NCBI GenBank assembly: GCA_965197905.1
Contig: CBDAOB010000002.1
Coordinates: 384,001 to 448,000 of the forward strand
Source of the DNA: Candidatus Latescibacterota bacterium
GTDB lineage: Bacteria > Latescibacterota > UBA2968 > UBA8231
Direction: 5' to 3'
DNA length: 64,000 nt
Made by a program: the position numbers and the translations under genes. Under the pieces are notes generated by a model, which saw only the letters and a list, made by a program, of their open reading frames with translations, ran no database searches and was not told the DNA's origin. Positions 23,101-31,707 of this stretch are shown here, in pieces (position 1 is the first letter of the stretch; the number at the start of each line of letters is the position of its first letter).

Positions 23101-23422
23101 TGCTCATAGCCGCTGCCGCCCCCGTTGGGAATCCGCCCGAAAGCCGGGTGAACGACACGTGACTGGAGTCCACATCGACCTGGTTTGCCAAGAGGTTCGC
23201 CGGCATCCGCATGCGCAGCAACGGGGCGTTTTCTTGCATGAGAGAAACCTCACCTGACTTCTCGAAAAATTTTCCGAGCGGGCCGACCAGAGGGTCCGGG
23301 CTCAACGCCGGAGCGCTCCATGCCGGGTCGAACGCAGTAACCAGCAAACACAGCCCACCAAACAGGCCTATAGACCCGGGCAGACGTGGTTTACCTGTCG
23401 AATAAGAATGATACCGAAACAT
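17174..23422 (-). CDS. sprA: SprA/Sov-family large outer-membrane translocon (T9SS-like), 2082 aa
   Basis: Signal peptide; V.GKVGE..IKLDY..DEDAIFQEIQAGN..L..GLFGI, EVAQS.PN..IDDFEGS, RG.L.WYN, SEDLN, NELRL; beta-strand-rich C-terminus. Confidence 0.88.
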   Translation of the reverse strand: MFRYHSYSTGKPRLPGSIGLFGGLCLLVTAFDPAWSAPALSPDPLVGPLGKFFEKSGEVSLMQENAPLLRMRMPANLLANQVDVDSSHVSFTRLSGGFPTGAAAAMSKDDYLRLIYSYGARDVWRREIRQKFRVASQRDRQQGTRRLEWTVPFTAPKSLRRFIGEEGPSLRMSGSLKVSISGKSEWTAGEVQTAAGGPSTFPALTMEQEQRFTVEGKVGELINVRIDQDTESAGGAVSTLNLRDQIANQIKLDYKNDEDAIFQEIQAGNTTLALPRSRFVGFQQQNKGLFGIRAKGAVGPLSFTTIASHESSKSNRRTFRGGAVQDTLSLRDYQFLRNTYFFLDEFYRVNLPDYRQLVAGARIPGSDFVDSGSLQVYINDFNTINDPELLARPGVARVAASDVSDDDEVVCVNPNGLPVEASGCFEEGTWHRLDPDDDYSVVEGAGFIILNRMVQDRHALAVSYRTRGGPNVGTEQFGDTRGDTLQLKLIKARDARPGFPTWDLEWKNVYRIATGFAAGRKFDPSTVEVQVLKEIAGQESQPSQGGKSYLQIFGLDERGQDPGSAPDRVVDRDYAGLDDFRGHLVFPARTPFNPETPEDPGSSELEEKIPEIYTRQQQRDQVEASAYIIEVRSSSGQQRISLGLGVRPETVEVRLNGQRKQKGTDYNVGFAGDITFVGTTAQEVADPGADLEITYETEDLLGLGSQQKTLIGMRTQYEFLGGEGKWGTTMLYNNERSGERRVRVGAEPARTVVWSTDMRAKFAAPFLTRVVDAIPLIKTASSSTIELQGEVAQSRPNLNTKGKGFIDDFEGSQRPSSLRIARTSWTPASRPVALDFPHETRGNLIWYNPFDGILRKDIWPGQEEQVENQNNRTDVLVMRLKPRADQQQVWGGLMTSLGSVNDYSLSKFLEIWVRGERGTLNLDLGTISEDFCCDQTTDDPLNFREDGAVDTEDEPFPGRTTGDGLVAQAEDVGIDGRDDRGELNFYLAEVGVDTTDLTLEQKRQQFLQSYGERDVDDPQGDNWHYDATGNRKNDYRRINGTEGNKSDREAADRPDSEDLNNDGVLNTRNDYYRYTIDLESDPHVSGTDSNGWRLFRLPLFDDTPREGLPDSSRIEFARIVVNGETAATDDSITVEIALIEVIGNEWQEDEVLILEGGNDVGPEESVAVSVVGTDKNIDYEPPPGIKIRRNRQTRTREREQSLRLNYDNFEPQHQVSATKILTRNANYTQYTRMRMFVHGDDVNTAYVVGDSSDLEMFIRFGADSTNYYEFISRILPGWDGGRAGWKGNEVDIDLLEIARVKSLLQAGRFDSLGQQLAILDTVIAEPRLRDFRPAVYRVRGNPSMQQIKELTIGIRNRGQGIYTGEVLVNELRLEEGRNDPGGAAFARVNTKLADVMNLDGQITWTGGDFRTLNSRQRSTTDLNQSLSATTNLHRFLPGRWGFSIPFKASFSENQSLPRFGPNSDVELDKKTQREQRTFRTKRFYELSLSKRSGRNRVFRWTIDQMNVRLSNLQEQGSSTTRPLDRTDAQTMNFSYKMPLPSPQLPILTWLPERSPRTWRELKWRYFPSHITYSMVANRKEQKTQQRSDAEQTVQEHFAVNETYVAKVNPFSGISGDYDLKINRDLRKKYELNKLSFGREIGRTQKGSVKVTLRWIRWLDQQYTFEASYNENSDPTQRRAQVLIDSTSGLPVKPLDIDTKNSLSTRFNLKLPMLLKSFAGKKRTTVKPTKKRQEETATKELEADGEKPEAEPPKEPSQPFFLWRTLHFAGGFIEPFNVTWRKNRNSRSFNLVDRPGLLYQFGLNDSLDVPQASVGLTQQDQFGRTRNMDMGSGLKLPMGFSVKTDFNDKLERRSGSTQERTRVRQETRYPKLNVNWGRADRIPLIKKVVNSANFSFSFQQTESSEGEGSLRPGHLITKSESKETRASWNGKLRIGPVAKVERVVASGTDLEFELVAEDDSASVEGNLRPLRGSGELEKTTTTFSLSHNLRPRSLPIFGKLKSNVDLKFEVSLENEIRSNGTGDAERAPINSVNRWRTSFTASYKFSESFRGDGIIRLENNRNNLTEKARKVREVRLSGTMFFR

Positions 23423-23953
23423 CTAATCGCGCATGTAATGAGCCCGACCCTTGTCTTTCGCAAATAGAACGGTTTCGGTCGAACCCGACGGCGAGGACTC
23501 TGAAAACACTCCGCGAGAGGGGAGTGTTGCGCCTGTTGGGGGAGCAATCCTCGTAAACGAGCGCCCTGTCAAACAGAGCACTGGACGTTAACTATGCGCG
23601 ATAAGCGTCTCCGGTCGCGGGTAGTTGTGCGTTTCACGTGGAGGGGGTTGGATGCCGATGTGCCCTGCAGGAGATCTGCGTCAGCGCCAGACAACTTAAT
23701 ATAAGGCCCCTCGCGATTCAAGGCGTCATCTCGGGTGAAGCAAGCCACGTGCCGACGCCGTTCTGGACCATCCGCTTTTTAGGTGAAGCACCTTCCACCT
23801 ATATTTGATCGGCAGCTCTTGCCGCTGCGTTCAGCGTTCAACTCACAACGACTGATCTCCATATCGACGAGGATCCATGGTCATCAGTTCCTGGCGTGCT
23901 GCCACGTTTACTTTACACTCACGTGAACAGACGGTGACGGGAGCCAGAGAATC

Positions 23954-25276
23954 TTGAGCACGCTATCGCGATACCTGCTACGCGAACACCTAGGCCCCTT
24001 CGGTCTCGCCCTCGCTCTGATCATCTTCGTGCTGGTCATCGATGTGGTACTGCAGATGATGGACCAGGTGTTGAGCAAAGGTCTATCGGCGTCGGTGGCG
24101 GTGCAGCTCTTCGTCTACAACCTGGCATGGATTGTCGCGCTGGCCGTGCCGATGGCCGTGTTGGTGGCGGTGATCATGGCCTTCGCCAGGCTCTCGGCAG
24201 ACAACGAGATTATGGCCGCAAAGGCGTGCGGCATCGGCTTCTTGCACCTGTTGCGGCCGGTAGCATTGGGCGCCGGCGCGCTGATGGTGATCATGATCCT
24301 CTTCAACGACTGGGTACTCCCAGATTGGAATCACCGCGCCCGCAACATCACTGCGAGCTTGAAACGCTTGAAAGCCGCGCTCGTTCTCAAAGAGAAGGAA
24401 GGCGTCTTCATACACAAGCTCGGCAACCGCTACAGCTTGCTTATCCGCGAAGTGGACGAAGAGCGCAACGCACTTCGCGGGATCACCGTCTACGACGCCG
24501 GCAAGAAAGGACCGCCCACTACCTTACACGCGGCGGAGGGCCGGATAGAGATCTTTGGGGATGGCAGTTACGTTCGGTTGACGCTGGACAAGGGCGAGTA
24601 CCATACCGTCGATGCGAACAATCCCGAGCGTTTTGTCCGCGGTTCCTTCGAGCGCCAGTCTATCCACATCGAGGATCCTCAGCGAGCTTTCAGCGATCGC
24701 TCATCCTCCTATCGTGGCCAGCGCGAAATGAACATCGCAGCGCTCTATGCGGCGGTGGAAAAGCGAAGGGTCGAGCAAACCCGGGGGCTCAAGCTGATTG
24801 ACAGCACGGTGCAACGCTACCACTCCATCACCTCCAGCCCCGAAACCGCGCTGGATGACTCCACGGGGGAGAACGCCTCGCGGGAAAGTCAGACCCTGAC
24901 CAAACAGCTGCAGCAACAGCGGCGCCTTGCCCATAGCCGGGCGAAGCAGATCGACGAATTCATGGTGGAGATCCACAAGAAGTTCTCCATCCCTGCCGCC
25001 TGCGTGGTGTTCGTATTGGTCGGCGCGCCGTTGGGTGTTTTCATTCGGCAGCGGGGCGCCACCGTTTCAGTTGGCGTGAGTCTGGTTTTCTTCCTCGTCT
25101 ACTGGATGTTCCTTATCGGCGGAGAGGAACTGGCCGACCGCGGGTTCATCCCCCCGGCGGTCGCCATGTGGGCACCAAATGTAGTGTTCGGCCTCGTGGG
25201 TCTGTTCCTCGTGCGGGCAGCGACCCTGGATCTTTCGGTATGGCAATGGCGGCACGCGCGGAGCTCAGAATCATGA
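23954..25276 (+). CDS. lptF: LPS export permease LptF family
   Basis: RYLLRE..PF, RLSADNEIMA.KA.GI, EIHKKFSIP.AC..F.LVGAPLG, MWAPN. Confidence 0.9.
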   Translation: MSTLSRYLLREHLGPFGLALALIIFVLVIDVVLQMMDQVLSKGLSASVAVQLFVYNLAWIVALAVPMAVLVAVIMAFARLSADNEIMAAKACGIGFLHLLRPVALGAGALMVIMILFNDWVLPDWNHRARNITASLKRLKAALVLKEKEGVFIHKLGNRYSLLIREVDEERNALRGITVYDAGKKGPPTTLHAAEGRIEIFGDGSYVRLTLDKGEYHTVDANNPERFVRGSFERQSIHIEDPQRAFSDRSSSYRGQREMNIAALYAAVEKRRVEQTRGLKLIDSTVQRYHSITSSPETALDDSTGENASRESQTLTKQLQQQRRLAHSRAKQIDEFMVEIHKKFSIPAACVVFVLVGAPLGVFIRQRGATVSVGVSLVFFLVYWMFLIGGEELADRGFIPPAVAMWAPNVVFGLVGLFLVRAATLDLSVWQWRHARSSES

Positions 25277-26343
25277 GACTGCTGGACAAGTACCTTCTGA
25301 GCCGGTTCATCGCCGCGTTGACGCTGAGCGTTGTCAGTCTCCTGCTTATCGCAATCGTCGTCGACCTGACCGAGAATATCGACACGTTTATCGATCACCA
25401 TGCCGCCGTCACCCAAATCCTGTTCTACTATCTCTATCACACTCCGTACTGGATTATTCTAACCCTTCCCATTGCCGCTTTGATGGGAGCCTTGTTCTCA
25501 CTCAACGGACTCGCTCGGCGCAACGAGATCACCGCTATGAAAGCGGCGGGCATCAGTCTCTATCGCGTCCTGGCGCCGGTACTCGTCTTCGCCGCCGTCT
25601 TCAGCGGCCTGGCTTTTCTATTCGCCGACCGGGTGCTGCCCCCAGCCACCTTCCGCTACAACACCATTCGCGACGAGATGCGTTCCTACAGTCGCTCCGA
25701 TGGCTCGCGTCGCCAGGTCCTGCTGCAGGATGTGGACGGTCAATATATCTTCACCCGCTCTTACGACGCACGCCGACGCAAAGCCCACGAGATCCTGTGG
25801 GAGCGTCAACGGGACTCCCGCATCGCCGAGCGGGTCGTAGCAAACCGGTTGGAATGGCGAGATGGAGGATGGATGGTGTTTGAAGGCCGGCACTACCGTT
25901 TCGGAGCGGAGGAAATCGCCACCAGTGCCTTCGACACGCTGAAACTGGAGCGGCTAACCCTCCAACCGTCCGATCTCGAGCGCCAGCAGAAGAAACCGGA
26001 AGAGATGAATTTCGCCGAGCTGCAGAGTTACATATCCCGCGCACGCGCCAACGGCGAGGACGTAACCCGGCAGCTGGTCGATCTCCACCTGAAGATCTCC
26101 TTTCCGGTCACCTGCTTCATCGTCGTGTTGTTAGGGGCGCCTCTGGGCGCCAATACGAGACGGGCCGGTTGGGCCAATAGCTTCGGTGTCGGCATCCTCG
26201 TCTGTTTCGCGTTTTACAGCTGCGTCAAGATGGGCCAGGCGCTGGGATGGAATCAGATTCTGCCGCCGATGTTGGGTTCCTGGCTGGCCAATATCGTTTT
26301 TGGCCTGTTCAGTGCCATTCTCTTGTGGAGGGCCCACAAGTGA
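25273..26343 (+). CDS. lptG: LPS export permease LptG family
   Basis: MRLLDKY, RRNEITAMKAAGISLYR, PEEMNF.EL, KISFP; ATGA overlap with lptF. Confidence 0.9.
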   Translation: MRLLDKYLLSRFIAALTLSVVSLLLIAIVVDLTENIDTFIDHHAAVTQILFYYLYHTPYWIILTLPIAALMGALFSLNGLARRNEITAMKAAGISLYRVLAPVLVFAAVFSGLAFLFADRVLPPATFRYNTIRDEMRSYSRSDGSRRQVLLQDVDGQYIFTRSYDARRRKAHEILWERQRDSRIAERVVANRLEWRDGGWMVFEGRHYRFGAEEIATSAFDTLKLERLTLQPSDLERQQKKPEEMNFAELQSYISRARANGEDVTRQLVDLHLKISFPVTCFIVVLLGAPLGANTRRAGWANSFGVGILVCFAFYSCVKMGQALGWNQILPPMLGSWLANIVFGLFSAILLWRAHK

Positions 26344-26377
26344 CGACGGCCCCACGGTCGGGCTTGCTGGATTATTT

Positions 26378-27442
26378 TTATGCGAGGCCCTGCTGCATGT
26401 GGTAAATCTTCAGCTTCAAGGCGGCGGACCGGAGTTTCCACGACTCCAATAGCTCCGCTGCTTGCTCCCCGGCCGAACCACTCAGCCGGTTGCCAAGATC
26501 GACCAGCAACTGCGCCAGGCGGGCGATCTTCTCTTCCGATGCGTGGCTGGTGAGCCGCTCGATATGTTTGAGAAAATCGGGGCCGACGAAACGATCTGCC
26601 CGCATCAATACGGCGTCCAGGAACCGGGCGTGTCGGCGGGCGAACCGCTCCTCCTCGCTGCTCTTCTCGAAGAGAAATCGCAGCAGTTCCGGACCCGGAG
26701 AGGCTTCCAGGACCTGCTCGCAGGCTCGCACCAGCCGCCTCCAGGCGCGGTCCTGTTCGGGACGATCCAACGCCCGCTCCGGACCATTACCTTCGATCAC
26801 CACGTTGAAGAGTGGCACCTGGGGTAGCTCCTGGAAGAGGGCGTGCAGAGTATCTTCGTCGGACCCGGTCAGATCCGCGTCGAGGATCAAATAGACCAGC
26901 TCCTTGACCAGGCGCGGATCGACCGTACGCAATTTTTCCAATAGAATCCTGCGGTTTTCGTTTTCCTGGCCGGCGAACAGATAGCTGATAAGCGAGCCGG
27001 CGGTGGCGCTGTTGATCGGCAGCCCCAGCACCGCCTCCCGGGCAACCCTTGGTTGGTCACGGAAAAGAAACTCCTGTATCTCGTCCTTCTGTCGCAGCCC
27101 CCAGACCAGCGCGCCCGCCACCTCCGTGTCCGGCTCGGCCCGAATCATCCGCTGCAACCGCTCGATCGCCGGTGCCGATGAGATCCACCGGCGGTGATAC
27201 CCGAGGAGCTGGGCCGCTAAGAGCCGCCGGGGATTCCTGGGCTGTTCCATTACGCTCCAGAGAAGTTTGGTTCCAGTGCTGCCCGGAACCAGGTGACGTA
27301 GCTGTTCGACAGCGCGCGCGCGTTGCGCCAGAGTCTCTGCTTCGGCAGCAACGGTTAGCAGATCCTCCAATTGCGGCACGCTTTCAACCTCTTCCGAAAT
27401 GGTCGGTTGGGGTTCATCTTCCTCTCTGATATCCAATACCAT
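26378..27442 (-). CDS. Hypothetical alpha-helical (HEAT-like) protein
   Basis: Long ORF with amphipathic helical repeats (RARAVEQL, RRLLAAQLLG, EPDTEVAGALVWGL); 13 bp downstream of the PAS gene. Confidence 0.6.
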   Translation of the reverse strand: MVLDIREEDEPQPTISEEVESVPQLEDLLTVAAEAETLAQRARAVEQLRHLVPGSTGTKLLWSVMEQPRNPRRLLAAQLLGYHRRWISSAPAIERLQRMIRAEPDTEVAGALVWGLRQKDEIQEFLFRDQPRVAREAVLGLPINSATAGSLISYLFAGQENENRRILLEKLRTVDPRLVKELVYLILDADLTGSDEDTLHALFQELPQVPLFNVVIEGNGPERALDRPEQDRAWRRLVRACEQVLEASPGPELLRFLFEKSSEEERFARRHARFLDAVLMRADRFVGPDFLKHIERLTSHASEEKIARLAQLLVDLGNRLSGSAGEQAAELLESWKLRSAALKLKIYHMQQGLA

Positions 27443-27455
27443 GACAATTCACCAT

Positions 27456-28289
27456 TCATTGCCCAGCTTCATCGCTGGGTATCGGCCTCTCGGCCAGAAA
27501 GAAATGCTCCAGGAAGATGTTGACCTGCTCCACCGCCGCCCTGGCGTGCCCCAGGTCGAACCCCGCTGGATTCTCCAGGTACCCGGCGATGACGCCAAAC
27601 GGCTGAACGAGATCGGAACGCATGCGCGCGAACATTTCCTCCTGGATGTCGGAGTGGGTTCGAGCGGCATCTGCCTGAGACGTGGTATCCCGCAGCAGAA
27701 TCATGATTCCCGGACCGTGCGCCAGCTCGCAAGCGTGCATGGTTACTTCCAATGGAAACGGCTTTTTGCGTGAGAAGGTTACTTCCGGGAAACCTTGTAG
27801 GACGATCAGCGGATCGAAACCGGTCAGGTCGGCGAAAACGGTGCTGTCCAACGTCGAATCCTCGACGCCGAGCCAGCTCCTGGCCAGGCTGTTGGTGGCC
27901 TCCAGGCCTCCCTCCGCATTGAGCATGATCAACCCCAGCGGCAGGCCGCCCAGAAAATCTTCGAGGCTGGCGCTGGAGCGCAGAGACCCCGTGTTGGCCG
28001 GAACCTGTGTAACCAGGTTTTCGATGGTGGTCGACAAGTGTTGCAGATCGAACATGAAACCCCGTTGACCGGCGGACTTCATGTAGCCGCTCTGGCATAA
28101 GCCGTTGAGCGCCTCGACGGTCTCCGGTCTCGGCATGCCCAACCGCAAGCCCACCCCTTGGAAGTCGTCGTCCAGGAACGGGTTGGCGAGGAACTCACGC
28201 ATAATCTTGCACTCCGCCTCGGCAAGCGGTTGACCGGTAGGTACCGGCAACTCCGCCAGCAGCGAATCCGCGCTCGAATCCGTGTACAT
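27456..28289 (-). CDS. Winged-helix + PAS + degenerate HisKA-like protein without an ATPase domain
   Basis: N-terminal HTH-like segment; PAS-like LPLGLIMLNAEG..N..A..WLG..LRD; H-box-like FARMRSDLVQPFGVIAGYLE lacking the His. Confidence 0.6.
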   Translation of the reverse strand: MYTDSSADSLLAELPVPTGQPLAEAECKIMREFLANPFLDDDFQGVGLRLGMPRPETVEALNGLCQSGYMKSAGQRGFMFDLQHLSTTIENLVTQVPANTGSLRSSASLEDFLGGLPLGLIMLNAEGGLEATNSLARSWLGVEDSTLDSTVFADLTGFDPLIVLQGFPEVTFSRKKPFPLEVTMHACELAHGPGIMILLRDTTSQADAARTHSDIQEEMFARMRSDLVQPFGVIAGYLENPAGFDLGHARAAVEQVNIFLEHFFLAERPIPSDEAGQ

Positions 28290-28666
28290 ACGAGCCCCTT
28301 TGCGAATCTTGAAAGGGAGATCTACCAAGGGAATGTGGGAAGGGGGGAAGCTCAGATTTTATAAAGCGTTACCGAATATAAAAAGTGCCAGGGCAATATG
28401 CAAGATGGCGTTTTTTCCCCCGCCCGACTTTCGGACTCTACAGGCGACGGTGTGGTCGGCGTAGGCCTGTCGGGCAAGGAACGGGACGGCTGCCTGGTCT
28501 CGTTTTTGCGGCTTTAATTCAGCGGAATGGTCCGGATAGGATCATAACATATTGTATATAAACGAGTTATGTGAAATACGTGAGCGCCGCATCAACTCCC
28601 GAATGAGAAGATTTTGCGGTAGCGGGGGAAAACAGTGCGGAATGAGCTAGAGAGGAGGATAGGAAA

Positions 28667-29704
28667 ATGGAAGTCTACAGCAAGGAAGAGATAAAGAGAG
28701 AGGCGGAGGAGGAGGAGCTCAGCCCGCAGGAAAAGGCAGCTATTTTGATGGTCGCCCTCGGTGAGGAAAGCGCTGGTGAGGTGATGAAATACCTCGCGGA
28801 CTACGAGATCGAAGACCTCACCCAAACCATCACCCAGCTCAAACACCTACCCGTCGAGCTGCAGGACAACGTTCTGGAAGAATTCGAACAGCATCTCCTG
28901 GCCGGGGCCTGGCTCAGTCAGGGCGGCGTCGACTTCGCCCGCTCAGCCCTCGAGCGCGCCGTAGGCCCCCGCCGCGCTCAGGAGATTCTCGATCGTATAG
29001 CGAGCACGGTAACCTCGGGGTTCTACATGCTCAAGAACGTCCCGCCCGAACAGATCGCCCCATTCATTTCCAACGAACACCCGCAAACCATTGCCTTGAT
29101 TCTGTCCCAGTTGGAACCGGCACAGAGCGCGGGTATCCTCGCCCAGCTGTCGGAACGAACGCAAGCTGAAGTGGCGTACCGGATTGCCACCATGGACAAC
29201 ATCACACCCAGCGTCATTAATCAGATCGAGGAGAGCCTGCAGACCAACCTGAAGGACATCCTAGGCGGTCACAAGGACGTGGGCGGACCGAAAATCGTTG
29301 CCGACATCCTCAACCTCACCGGCACCAGCGTCGAGAAACATGTCCTGGACAAGATCGACGCCCAGGATCCGGAGACCGCCGAGGTCGTGCGCAACATGAT
29401 GTTCGTGTTCGAAGACCTGATCACCTTGACGGACCGCGAGATTCAGATATTGCTGCGGGAGGTCGACCAGAAGGACCTGGTGATCGCCATGAAAGCAGCC
29501 AGCGAGGAGTTGAAGGAAAAGATCCTCGTCAACATGTCCGACCGAATCCGCACCTTCATGCAGGAGGAAATGGACTTCATGGGACCGATGCGGCTGCGCG
29601 AGGTGGAAGATGTCCAACTGCGCATCGTGCAGAAAGCACGGCAGCTCGAGGATCAGGGCCAGCTCAACATCGTCCGCGGTCATGCGGAAGACACCTTCGT
29701 GTAG
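28667..29704 (+). CDS. fliG: Flagellar motor switch protein FliG (stand-alone)
   Basis: KAAILMVALG, EHPQTIALILS, GGPK..ADILN, MFVFEDL, NMSDR, GPMRLREVE; AGGA RBS. Confidence 0.95.
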   Translation: MEVYSKEEIKREAEEEELSPQEKAAILMVALGEESAGEVMKYLADYEIEDLTQTITQLKHLPVELQDNVLEEFEQHLLAGAWLSQGGVDFARSALERAVGPRRAQEILDRIASTVTSGFYMLKNVPPEQIAPFISNEHPQTIALILSQLEPAQSAGILAQLSERTQAEVAYRIATMDNITPSVINQIEESLQTNLKDILGGHKDVGGPKIVADILNLTGTSVEKHVLDKIDAQDPETAEVVRNMMFVFEDLITLTDREIQILLREVDQKDLVIAMKAASEELKEKILVNMSDRIRTFMQEEMDFMGPMRLREVEDVQLRIVQKARQLEDQGQLNIVRGHAEDTFV

Positions 29705-29720
29705 GGGTGGAGAAGACCGC

Positions 29721-30152
29721 TTACGCCCGATCCTCCGCGGCGTAGGTTTCAACCCTTAAACTGAAGGGATCGTCCTCAGTCTCCAGTCGCACCACCACCA
29801 CAGTCTCTCCGTCGATGCGGACCGTCGCCTTGCGGCGAATGCGGTCGTCCGCAGAAATCTGAAAGGCGAGATCGAACTCGACCTCCGTATCTGCCGGCAG
29901 CACACCCGCTGAGATATCGCGTCGCTCCCCCACACCCACGAGGCTGCGCACGATGCCCGGGTCACGGCTGGTGAAACTGTCCACAAAGGCCACCTCAACC
30001 AGGTAGGGCGTCAGATTCTCCATGAAGACCCGCCCCGATTCTGGCTGCCCTGACCCATCCGGACTTTCTTCGGGATCATCCGGCGCCACTGGGCTTTTGT
30101 CGCCAGCACACGCGAGCAGGACACAGGCGACAAGCAGTGCCAACGATTTCAC
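29721..30152 (-). CDS. Hypothetical lipoprotein
   Basis: GTG start overlaps the selA stop; lipobox LLAC. Confidence 0.65.
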   Translation of the reverse strand: MKSLALLVACVLLACAGDKSPVAPDDPEESPDGSGQPESGRVFMENLTPYLVEVAFVDSFTSRDPGIVRSLVGVGERRDISAGVLPADTEVEFDLAFQISADDRIRRKATVRIDGETVVVVRLETEDDPFSLRVETYAAEDRA

Positions 30153-31555
30153 CTTTGCTCCTCCGCAATGGAGTTCAGACTGCTTGCGATCAGAGTGAGC
30201 TGGCTGTCGCTCACCGTGCACATATCGAGATACAGCCGGTCCCGCTGAATCCTGCCCACGACCGGGAGCGCACCGGTTCGCAACAGCCGGGCAAGCCCTT
30301 CCACGGAGCAGAAGTCGGGGCATAGCGTGATGGAGTAGCTGGGAATCTCCTCCAACGGCAGCGCCCCGCTTCCAACCTGCGCCACGGAGTCCTCCAGTCG
30401 CGGGTTCAGCAGGTTGGCCGTCGACTCAGACAACATCGCGACCAGTCGTTCGCCGCGAGCTTTTACCGTGCCGGCCGGCGCGCTCATCATGTTCAACACC
30501 GGATGCAGCTCCGCCAATTTTGCGGGCGCCAGAAAGAAAAGCCTGAGGCAAGCTTCCAGCGCGGCAAGGGTGAGTTTGTCACAACGCAACGCCCGCATCA
30601 GCGGATCACCTTTGAGTTGCTCGACACATGAGCGCGATCCGACGATCAGACCCGACTGCGGTCCTCCAAGTATCTTGTCTCCGCTGAAGGTTACCAGGTC
30701 AACACCGGCAGCGAGACTCTCCGCGACAACCGGTTCGGAGGGCAGACCCCAGATTTTCAGATCGACCAGCACGCCACCTCCGAGATCGTGCACTACGGGC
30801 ACCTGGGCTTTTCGCCCCAAAGCGACCAACTGCTCGAGTTCCACGCTGGCGGTGAATCCCTTGACTTGGTAGTTGCTCGGGTGGACCACTAGAATCATCG
30901 CCGTGTCCAGGCTGAGTGCCTCAGCGTAGTCGTTGAGGTGAGTGCGATTGGTGGTACCTACCTCCCGAATGCGCGCACCGCTGGAAGTGATGATCTCAGG
31001 TATGCGGAAGGAACCGCCGATCTCGATGAGCTCCCCGCGGGAAACCAGAACCTCGCGTCCCCTGGACAGGCTATTCAACGCCAGCAGGACCGCTGCTGCG
31101 TTGTTGTTGACCACGATGGCTGCTTCGGCGCCCGCCAAGCGGCAGACCATCTCCTCCACGTGGTCGAGACGGGAACCCCGGTCGCCCCGGGCTAGATCGA
31201 TCTCGAGATTACAATACCCTTCGGCTACGGTCGCCAGTGTTTCCCGCGCTGCCGCAGGCAGCGGCGCGCGGCCGAGTCCAGTATGGAGAATGACCCCGGT
31301 GGCGTTGATGACCGGCCGCAGACGAGGTTGGTCTGCTCCAGCGATCCGAGCTCTCAGCTCTAGGGCCACCCGCTCCGGCAGCGCGACCGGGTCGGCGGCG
31401 ATACCTCCCTGGCGAATCTGGTCGCGCCAAGCGGTCAGGATGAGGCGTATCTGACTGACCACGAACTCGCGGTCATAGCGCTCCAGCAATTCTAGAGTTA
31501 TCGCTTCTTGCAAAACCGCGTCGACAGAAGGTAAGTCCCGTGCTATCAAAGACAT
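30149..31555 (-). CDS. selA: L-seryl-tRNA(Sec) selenium transferase
   Basis: VINATGVILHTGLGRA, VNNNAAA, EIGGSFRIP, EVGTTNRT, FSGDKILGGPQ. Confidence 0.96.
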   Translation of the reverse strand: MSLIARDLPSVDAVLQEAITLELLERYDREFVVSQIRLILTAWRDQIRQGGIAADPVALPERVALELRARIAGADQPRLRPVINATGVILHTGLGRAPLPAAARETLATVAEGYCNLEIDLARGDRGSRLDHVEEMVCRLAGAEAAIVVNNNAAAVLLALNSLSRGREVLVSRGELIEIGGSFRIPEIITSSGARIREVGTTNRTHLNDYAEALSLDTAMILVVHPSNYQVKGFTASVELEQLVALGRKAQVPVVHDLGGGVLVDLKIWGLPSEPVVAESLAAGVDLVTFSGDKILGGPQSGLIVGSRSCVEQLKGDPLMRALRCDKLTLAALEACLRLFFLAPAKLAELHPVLNMMSAPAGTVKARGERLVAMLSESTANLLNPRLEDSVAQVGSGALPLEEIPSYSITLCPDFCSVEGLARLLRTGALPVVGRIQRDRLYLDMCTVSDSQLTLIASSLNSIAEEQR

Positions 31556-31707
31556 ACCGAGGAGTATACAGCGCCGGTCTGGTCCCGGCAAGTAAGGATC
31601 GGCAGGCCCAGAAAGGGGCGCAAAAAATCCGACTTTACCCTTTCTGCCTATCGGCTTATCTTTCTGAATACCCCATCCCTGCTTAGACCTATCTCCTTGT
31701 AAAATCT

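Noticed and set aside
23680..23900. glmS ribozyme-like words (AGCGCCAG ... GACGAGGAT) and a ydaO-like CCGCTTTTTAGGTGAA
   Set aside because: The spacing is far too long, the required pairings are not evident, and there is no glmS downstream.
30149..31555. Selenoproteins (in-frame UGA) or selB/selC near selA
   Set aside because: I found no in-frame TGA interrupting a recognisable gene; the internal stops seen are TAA and TAG, and the porin break is a frameshift. No tRNA-Sec was recognised.
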